Below are positions 57,714 to 64,000 of a stretch of 64,000 bases of DNA, piece by piece. The first letter of the stretch is position 1. Each line of letters starts with the position of its first letter. The stretch lies in IMG/VR virus record IMGVR_UViG_3300042691_041718, positions 64,001-128,000 of that record. One strand, 5' to 3'. The notes beneath the pieces are model-generated. The model ran no database searches and was not told the origin of the DNA. It saw only the letters and a list, made by a program, of their open reading frames with translations. This DNA comes from a virus. The translations under genes and the position numbers were made by a program.

Positions 57714-58008
57714 CCGGTCCTTTATAATCAGGGTGTTCAGTAATATCCATTTCTTTATATTCCTTATCTTCGATTAAAGATTCTATTATTCTATCACGAT
57801 TTTCAGCTTTAACTTCATTTTTAATTCTTTCCATTTCTTCTTCTGAAGTTCCACCTGGTGATGTTGTATTTTCTTCAATTTTTGTATTTGAATGTAGTTC
57901 AGCATATTCAGCCATCCAATCGGCTTTTGATCCAGTGACACCAATATTATTTAAAATAGGTGCCCATTTTTTCATTAATTCTTCTTTATTTGGTTTTTCC
58001 ATAAACAA
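57616..58008 (-). CDS. Mini protein with major-capsid-like segments and an internal RDRIIESL
   Basis: KEELMKKWAPIL and GPVGTLFHLDFKYG. Confidence 0.6.
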   Translation of the reverse strand: MFMEKPNKEELMKKWAPILNNIGVTGSKADWMAEYAELHSNTKIEENTTSPGGTSEEEMERIKNEVKAENRDRIIESLIEDKEYKEMDITEHPDYKGPVGTLFHLDFKYGDDTDDEEVKRSVKTLGKKKK

Positions 58009-58047
58009 AAAAACTTTTCTTTTTATAGAAAAGTTTTAGTTAAATGT

Positions 58048-58329
58048 TTATAAGTTATATTCATGTGTTAGTATATCAATAACTTTATCTTCATCTTTAA
58101 TATCTCTTTGAAATTCCTCCTCAAACCAAACAATCATATCAATCAAGTCTGATTTATCATTTACCTCTCCTTTTGGATATTTTTCCTTAATTTTAGTAAT
58201 AATGAAATCAATATCATCTTCTACGTTTCTATAAGCAGGAATACCAGTTTCTTCTCTTTCTTCTTTTGACATATCTTCCCAATCTTTATTATAGTCAAAA
58301 CCTTCTTTAAATTTTTTTAAATATTTCAT
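58048..58329 (-). CDS. Hypothetical protein with a capsid-targeting-like N-terminus
   Basis: Starts MKYLKKFKEGF. Confidence 0.55.
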   Translation of the reverse strand: MKYLKKFKEGFDYNKDWEDMSKEEREETGIPAYRNVEDDIDFIITKIKEKYPKGEVNDKSDLIDMIVWFEEEFQRDIKDEDKVIDILTHEYNL

Positions 58330-58333
58330 AATT

Positions 58334-59332
58334 TTATTTTAATTTTAAGTTGAAATAAACCCAAGAATTGTTTGGTTTAACATTATATTGTACTTTATCA
58401 GACCATTTTTTATTTATAATCCAGTTATTAAAGTTTTGTTTTATATTTTCATATTCTCCTAAGTCTAATTGACCATTATCCCAAGTACCAATGTTATAAT
58501 AACCAATAGATATTACTCTATCACTTACACACACTTTTGATTTCTTATCAAAGAAACCTGGATTGAAACTAGTTAAATCTTTTTTAATTTTACTAATTAA
58601 CATCAATTCATTAAAATTAAAGTTTACTAAGCTCTTTTTAAGATTATAAGCTGATTTAAGATCTAAACCAAGAATCCATTTTATAACACTTGTTGATAAT
58701 TTAAATTGTCCTATTGGTTGATTAACAATACCATATTCAAACAAACCATTATCTTTAATACCATAATAAAGTTCAATCTCATTTCTATCATATGGTACAT
58801 CATTTACATATCTTTTAAGTGATGAAAATCTATTAAATATAGATTTAACATCATCTGAATTTAATTCGAATAAAAAATAAAAAAGATAGTCATCTGGTAA
58901 TTTTTCATTATTTGGTAAGACATCTTTTTGACCAAGTGCTGTTAAACACTTTAAAAATGATGTGAAAATGTTTTTACCAGCCATAGTAATTTCTGATTCA
59001 GTTAGGGGTTCTAAATCAGTTGAAAATTCTACATTAGTTTCTTTCTCCTGTATACCATTATCAATAAAATCTTTTATTAATGATTCTATTTCATTTTTAG
59101 TATTATCATCTAATATGTTAATCGCATTTGATAATCTAATATCAGAAGGTATATCACTCAAATCATCTTCTCTACTAATATTAAATTCTCTATTTACTAT
59201 ATTTTTGATATATTCTAAATCATCACCTTCTAAAGTTGAATATAAATACTCAACCCATTCACCTAATGAGTTAAAATCTTCTCTATTTTTACTAAAAGAC
59301 TCATTAATGAATTCTAAATATTTCTTAATCAT
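58334..59332 (-). CDS. Hypothetical protein with a capsid-targeting-like N-terminus
   Basis: Starts MIKKYLEFINESF; late motif 4 nt upstream. Confidence 0.6.
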   Translation of the reverse strand: MIKKYLEFINESFSKNREDFNSLGEWVEYLYSTLEGDDLEYIKNIVNREFNISREDDLSDIPSDIRLSNAINILDDNTKNEIESLIKDFIDNGIQEKETNVEFSTDLEPLTESEITMAGKNIFTSFLKCLTALGQKDVLPNNEKLPDDYLFYFLFELNSDDVKSIFNRFSSLKRYVNDVPYDRNEIELYYGIKDNGLFEYGIVNQPIGQFKLSTSVIKWILGLDLKSAYNLKKSLVNFNFNELMLISKIKKDLTSFNPGFFDKKSKVCVSDRVISIGYYNIGTWDNGQLDLGEYENIKQNFNNWIINKKWSDKVQYNVKPNNSWVYFNLKLK

Positions 59333-59383
59333 ATATTATATATTAAAATTAAAAATTCACTTTATAAAATATATATATAGAAT

Positions 59384-59941
59384 ATGAGTGATAAGTTATT
59401 TGAATTAGAAATAAGAAAAATTATACAAGAGTATAAATTATTGGAGATTGAAGAAGAATGGAAAAATGAGCTAATAAATTCAAATAAGGAAACATTTCTA
59501 AAAGAAATTTATCACAAAAGGGGATTTGATAATGAGGTATCAAATCCAAAAGAGACATCAGTTGATAAAGGTGTTGTTGTGGATAAAAGAAGGGATCACA
59601 TTTCCGATAATATTAAGAAGTTATTTCGTGAGATAGTTAAATTAACACACCCCGATAAAACTTTTAATAAGAAAAATCGTCTTGAATTAAATGATCTTTA
59701 TATAAAGGCTAAAATAGCATCAGAAGAATCAAATATTTATGATTTATTAGTTATCTGTGATAAGTTATCTATAAAATGGTCAATTGATTTATATGAGAAA
59801 AAAATATTAGAAGATAATTTAGAGGTTAAGAGAAATAAAATAAAATCTATAGAGAGTTCTTATATCTGGTTATGGATTAATGCTGAAACTATAGAAGAAA
59901 AATATAAAATAGTAAATCTATTTATTGAAAAAAATAGCTAA
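59384..59941 (+). CDS. J-domain-like protein
   Basis: IKKLFREIVKLTHPDK...LYIKAKIA. Confidence 0.7.
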   Translation: MSDKLFELEIRKIIQEYKLLEIEEEWKNELINSNKETFLKEIYHKRGFDNEVSNPKETSVDKGVVVDKRRDHISDNIKKLFREIVKLTHPDKTFNKKNRLELNDLYIKAKIASEESNIYDLLVICDKLSIKWSIDLYEKKILEDNLEVKRNKIKSIESSYIWLWINAETIEEKYKIVNLFIEKNS

Positions 59942-59946
59942 ATATT

Positions 59947-61227
59947 ATGGAGAGATTAAAAATTGGAATTACAATTGGATTGAGAGAAAATACAGAATCC
60001 ATTTGGAGTAATGGTATGAAACAAAATGTATTAGTTTTATATAGACTTTTAAAAAATTCTAAAAAAAACTATGATATATACTTATTGAATACTGTTAATA
60101 TTAATGATTGGACTGAAGAAAATTCAACAGATTTTGCCAAGGGTTCTTGTTTAAGAGTTGATAATGGTAATGGGGAAATTCTAATTCCCAAATATTTACA
60201 AGATATAAAGTTTCATAACTTTATTGATAAATATTTAGATATGGATATGTTGATTGTTATGGGTGCTCAAATATCAAATGCTGAAATAAAAAAATTTAAA
60301 CAGAATCCAAATAAAAAAGTTATTTCATATAAATGTGGTAACAACTATGTTATTACTATGGAAAATATTCTATTTAAAGAAGATGATCCCGGTAAATTAC
60401 ACCAATATGAAGATTCATATGATGAAGTTTGGTATATACCACAACAAGATGAAGTGAATCGAGGATACTATCATACATTGTATAGAACAAATTCATTAAT
60501 TGTTCCATTTGTTTGGCATAATCAATATCTATTAGAAGCTCTAACTGACATTGAAAGAGGATTTCAAAGAGGTCAATTCAAAAAAGATTATCGTTATCAA
60601 ATTGGTAAGGAAAAAAAGAGAATTGGTGTAATGGAACCAAATATAAATATTGTAAAATTTGCACTTATACCAACAATGATTACTGAAGAATCTTATAGAG
60701 GTGATATTGGTAGAAAACATATTGAAAAATTAATGTTGACAAACTCAGAGAAAATCAGCAAAAACAAAGAGTTTATGGGTATGATTTCAACTTTCGATTT
60801 ATATAAGGATGATAAAATCACAGCTGAGAGTAGATATCAAACAGCATTTATACTTTCACAATATATGGATATATTAGTTTGTCACCAAATACTAAATCCT
60901 CTGAATTATATTTACTTAGATGCAGCTTATATGGGTTATCCTGTTTTACATAATGCTCCTATGTGTAAGGATTTAGGTTATTATTATGAGGGATCCGATA
61001 CCGTTGAGGGTGCTAGACAATTAGATTATATCTTAACCGAACACGATAAAAATATTGATTCTTATAATGAAAGAAATGATAAGGTTTTAATGAGATATTA
61101 TGCTGATAATCCAAGACTTGTTAAAACATATGACATGCTTATCGAAAATTTATTCAATGGTGGTAATTATGGTTTAGAATATAACCCAAAAACAAATCTA
61201 TATAAAAATAAAAAAGCCACTAAATAG
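59947..61227 (+). CDS. DUF2827-like (GT-B glycosyltransferase-like) protein
   Basis: KIGITI...SIWSNG.KQN, CGNNYV, YIPQ, VPFVW, VMEPNINIVK, HQILNPLNYIYLD...GYPVLHN. Confidence 0.7.
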   Translation: MERLKIGITIGLRENTESIWSNGMKQNVLVLYRLLKNSKKNYDIYLLNTVNINDWTEENSTDFAKGSCLRVDNGNGEILIPKYLQDIKFHNFIDKYLDMDMLIVMGAQISNAEIKKFKQNPNKKVISYKCGNNYVITMENILFKEDDPGKLHQYEDSYDEVWYIPQQDEVNRGYYHTLYRTNSLIVPFVWHNQYLLEALTDIERGFQRGQFKKDYRYQIGKEKKRIGVMEPNINIVKFALIPTMITEESYRGDIGRKHIEKLMLTNSEKISKNKEFMGMISTFDLYKDDKITAESRYQTAFILSQYMDILVCHQILNPLNYIYLDAAYMGYPVLHNAPMCKDLGYYYEGSDTVEGARQLDYILTEHDKNIDSYNERNDKVLMRYYADNPRLVKTYDMLIENLFNGGNYGLEYNPKTNLYKNKKATK

Positions 61228-61237
61228 TGGCTTTTTT
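61210..61237. terminator. Bidirectional intrinsic terminator
   Basis: AAAAAAGCCACTA-AA-TAGTGGCTTTTTT. Confidence 0.85.
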
Positions 61238-61250
61238 ATTTTAAGTTTAA

Positions 61251-61481
61251 TTAAAGTTGTAATATAGATTGAAAAAGAGAATCTGCAAATTCTCGTTCAA
61301 AAAATACATCACAAGCCTCTCTTCCATCATGCATGATTAAAGCTATTTGATATTGTTCTTCGTCTTTCATTTTAACTAGAGTAAGTACATCACCTTCATT
61401 TGATTCTGCAACTCTTAATAAATCAACGTCTTCTTCTGAGTCATATCCTGAAAAGACTTCTATAAATTTTAAGTTTTCCAT
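61251..61481 (-). CDS. Small acidic hypothetical protein
   Basis: 76 aa ORF. Confidence 0.55.
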   Translation of the reverse strand: MENLKFIEVFSGYDSEEDVDLLRVAESNEGDVLTLVKMKDEEQYQIALIMHDGREACDVFFEREFADSLFQSILQL

Positions 61482-61496
61482 ATTTTAATTTGTGTT

Positions 61497-61525
61497 TAAA
61501 AGACTCGCCTTTTTGACGAGTCTTT
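61497..61525 (-). terminator. Intrinsic terminator after the fibre-like gene
   Basis: On the minus strand, AAAGACTCGTC-AAAAA-GGCGAGTCTTTT. Confidence 0.65.
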
Positions 61526-61534
61526 ATTTATATA

Positions 61535-64000
61535 TTAAAGTCCAAATCTTCCTCTTGAACTATTGAAGTTTTGTAGAACTTCAGTTGCTGATAAAGATCG
61601 ATTATAAACTTTACCTGAGTAAATATTACCTTTCCATAATTCAGGAAAAACACTTGATCCACTACCAATTCTCGCTTCAAAATTAGACCAGTTATTCATA
61701 TTATAAGAAGTTATATTTGATGTAGTTGATCCATCTAATACACCATTTCTATATAAGTAAATTTTATATACACCTGATTCTTTTTTGAATACTGCCGTAT
61801 AATTAACGATTGTGTTAAGAATATCAGCACCTGTTAATTGAGAAGAAACCCAGGTTTGCGTAAATCCAACAACATTAATATTTGCAAAAACTTTTCCAGA
61901 ATTTGAACCGCTTCTAAACTTCCAAAGAGAAATAGAATTTGTTTGGTTAGAAGATCCAAGAGTTATTATTTCATGATAAACATCCGAATTGTCCGTTACT
62001 TTAACCCAGAAGTCATATGTTATGTCTGTATCGTTAAACCTAAAGTTCGAACCCAAATTAACATAATCATTAACACCGTCGAATAATATAGAACCTCCAT
62101 TAGTAGAATCATAAGTTGGTCCATTAACTAAAGTACCATTATTACCGGCAGCTAAATCGAACCAAGTTGTTCCTGTTCCTGGATATGAGTTTGCATTACC
62201 TGCATCTAAATTAAGTACTAAACCGTTAGTGTTATAAACTGGAGTTCCAACTTGTCTTCCTAAAGCAGTTTGGAATTTTTGTACAATAGTTCTCATAGTA
62301 AGCGCATCTGTATCATTAAAGTTTTCTTGGAAATATACAATTGATAAATTTCTACTACTTAGATCTGATACCGCACCATTTTCACTTCTACCTCCTATAA
62401 GACATATTAAATTCACTGGATAATAAGCAAGTGATCTTGAATAAGATGTAGTATCTTTTAAAGTTTTAACCGTATTTGAATCTGTTCTATACGATTGGTA
62501 AAAACCTCTGGTGTCTGTATCTGCGAAACTAACAAAATCATCAGAGTTAACTCCACCAAATGTTGTAGTACTATTATGTGCAATTTGGAATGCTCTTACA
62601 GGGAAGTAACTAAGTGCACCAACATCAGTTGAAGAAATACTACTATTAGTAGTTGAATAAACACCTAATCCAGAAGCAATTGCAAAATTTACTGGGTTTA
62701 AAAACGTATTGGCATAACCTGTTGTACCATTTGGTTGAGCACCGCTAGATGTGTGAGTCCATCCGCCGTTAAACACCAATCTATATGCAGCATCCAAATC
62801 TCTAGGATCTTTTAAGTTCCATTTATGAGAAGTAGCGCTTCCGCCTACGAATGGATAAAGAGCTTTCATTTTAGTCCAGATACCAGCAGCTTTCAAATCA
62901 GTTACTAAAGTATTAACCGCAGAAGCTTGTTGAAAGCTAGTGATATTAGCCGCATTCAAGAAAGCTTGAGCATTTGTATCCGAAACTAATGGAACACTTA
63001 CTTGTCTACCTAAAGTAGTTTGGAATGTTTGTACTGCTGTGTAGAATGCTGCTGATTCTGCATCTGTTAGACCATCTCCGATTGAATAAAAAGCAGTTTC
63101 TTTATTGTCAAATCCAGAAGCCACTAATTCATTATTCCTTGCACCTATGTAGTAGTTTATTGTTGGTCTTTCGGTCACACCATTAGATGAATCAATAAGT
63201 ACTTTTACACCATCTTTCCATGCATTAACAGTAGTAGTTGAAATTCTATTACCCATCATTAAACCCCTGGTGTTATTAATAGGGCTGGTGAAAGGTGATA
63301 ATGAGGTATTGAAAATAATATTACCTAATGTTGTTCCATTAGGATTTGACATTAATAAATATCTTTGTGGGGAATTATTATCATTACATCCACCCATGAT
63401 AGCACTCACACTCCATGTAGTTCTACTATATGTAGAATGATGGAAACTACCTAGTGTTAATATAGATGATGGTACCAATTTAGTATCAGCATATGCTGTT
63501 GTACCATTAGGTAAAGCACCAGTTGAGCTATGGGTCCATCCACCATTGAATACTAACCTATAAGCTGCGTCTAAATCTCTCGGATCTTTTAAATTGAATT
63601 TATGAGATGTAGCCGTACCACCAACAAATGGATAAATAGCTTTCATTTTAGTCCATATACCGACTGCTTTCAAATCAATAACTAATGTATTGATAGCCAC
63701 CGCTTGATTTCCATCGGTAATTCCTGCCACAGTCAAGAAACTAACAGCATCTGCGTCACTAACATAAGGAGTTCCGACATGACGACCTAATGTTGTTTGA
63801 AATTTTTGAATTGATGTATATAGATTAGTAGTATCAGTATCACTCATACCGTCAGCTATAACTGAAAATGCAGTCTCTCTATTTGAATAATAATTAGCCC
63901 CACTTGGACTTCCCATCGCACCAATTGCTATATTTACCGAACCGGCAATCGTAGAATCTGCAGAACTTGTCAACACATTTCCATTTTTACCAAGTTTAGC
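61535..64000 (-). CDS. Tail-fibre/receptor-binding-like protein with tandem ~259-aa repeats and a C-terminal LamG/ConA-like domain; 5'-truncated
   Basis: The frame is open to base 64000. The unit IWTKMKA.YPFVGG.ATSHK.NLKDPRDLDAAYRLVFNGGWTH is repeated; the last domain starts GLVLNLDAGNANSYPGTGTTWFDL. Confidence 0.75.
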   Translation of the reverse strand, partial: AKLGKNGNVLTSSADSTIAGSVNIAIGAMGSPSGANYYSNRETAFSVIADGMSDTDTTNLYTSIQKFQTTLGRHVGTPYVSDADAVSFLTVAGITDGNQAVAINTLVIDLKAVGIWTKMKAIYPFVGGTATSHKFNLKDPRDLDAAYRLVFNGGWTHSSTGALPNGTTAYADTKLVPSSILTLGSFHHSTYSRTTWSVSAIMGGCNDNNSPQRYLLMSNPNGTTLGNIIFNTSLSPFTSPINNTRGLMMGNRISTTTVNAWKDGVKVLIDSSNGVTERPTINYYIGARNNELVASGFDNKETAFYSIGDGLTDAESAAFYTAVQTFQTTLGRQVSVPLVSDTNAQAFLNAANITSFQQASAVNTLVTDLKAAGIWTKMKALYPFVGGSATSHKWNLKDPRDLDAAYRLVFNGGWTHTSSGAQPNGTTGYANTFLNPVNFAIASGLGVYSTTNSSISSTDVGALSYFPVRAFQIAHNSTTTFGGVNSDDFVSFADTDTRGFYQSYRTDSNTVKTLKDTTSYSRSLAYYPVNLICLIGGRSENGAVSDLSSRNLSIVYFQENFNDTDALTMRTIVQKFQTALGRQVGTPVYNTNGLVLNLDAGNANSYPGTGTTWFDLAAGNNGTLVNGPTYDSTNGGSILFDGVNDYVNLGSNFRFNDTDITYDFWVKVTDNSDVYHEIITLGSSNQTNSISLWKFRSGSNSGKVFANINVVGFTQTWVSSQLTGADILNTIVNYTAVFKKESGVYKIYLYRNGVLDGSTTSNITSYNMNNWSNFEARIGSGSSVFPELWKGNIYSGKVYNRSLSATEVLQNFNSSRGRFGL
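62230..63763 (-). repeat. Two diverged ~777-bp tandem coding repeats
   Basis: VSDADAVSFL (~63763) and VSDTNAQAFL (~62986) begin homologous units, each ending Q(T)xLGRxV. Boundaries are approximate. Confidence 0.8.

Noticed and set aside
57215-58008. A single decayed capsid/portal operon (pseudogenes)
   Set aside because: The pieces are tiny, out of order, individually open and each carries the shared tail motif, so they were reported as candidate mimics instead. Decay is not formally excluded.
1032-59387. Many short antisense or out-of-frame ORFs in the track (e.g. 1032..1256, 3854..4120, 11551..11868, 22984..23256, 30255..30662, 36929..37270, 58962..59387)
   Set aside because: They lie wholly within longer motif-bearing genes, have no upstream signals, and read as shadows of codon bias or repeats.
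1-64000. Stop-codon reassignment (code 15 or 4), as in some large phages
   Set aside because: Standard code 11 gives long uninterrupted ORFs (up to 2047 aa) and dense coverage, and TAG and TGA behave as true stops.
1-64000. Bacterial chromosome or eukaryotic giant virus origin (suggested by gltX, rpsU, dnaJ, cobB)
   Set aside because: These genes are isolated among hypothetical ORFs, homing endonucleases, fibres and T4-like elements, without bacterial operon context. Bacterial promoters, bS21 and intrinsic terminators argue against an NCLDV.

Overview
Very AT-rich, gene-dense 64 kb segment of a large (jumbo-type) T4-like tailed phage. The host is probably a Bacteroidota bacterium, based on TAnnTTTG host-type promoters, no Shine-Dalgarno sites, and Bacteroidota-style GluRS, CobB and bS21. 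It encodes auxiliary enzymes (GluRS, bS21, DnaJ, Sir2/CobB, PhoH, Nudix, two HD hydrolases, a metallophosphoesterase, an M20/M28 peptidase, a minimal ligase), one atypical tRNA-Cys, three giant virion proteins with P-domains and Trp/Phe pentapeptide repeats, a repeat-built tail-fibre-like gene and five homing-type endonucleases. Four things stand out. (1) The SbcC/gp46 gene is fractured by a naturally, atypically split intein with a free-standing endonuclease between the halves. (2) About 15-18 unrelated small ORFs share an R-x-x-K-[IL]-x-x-[IL] tail. (3) Several of these tailed ORFs are mini-fragments of the conserved motifs of T4-like portal, major capsid, terminase and family-B polymerase proteins, a candidate decoy/mimic system. 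(4) A TAATATATA motif sits either exactly 4 nt or about 18-24 nt before late genes, many of which start with a T4-like capsid-targeting peptide. All family assignments come from motifs read by eye and from recalled reference sequences; no searches were run.
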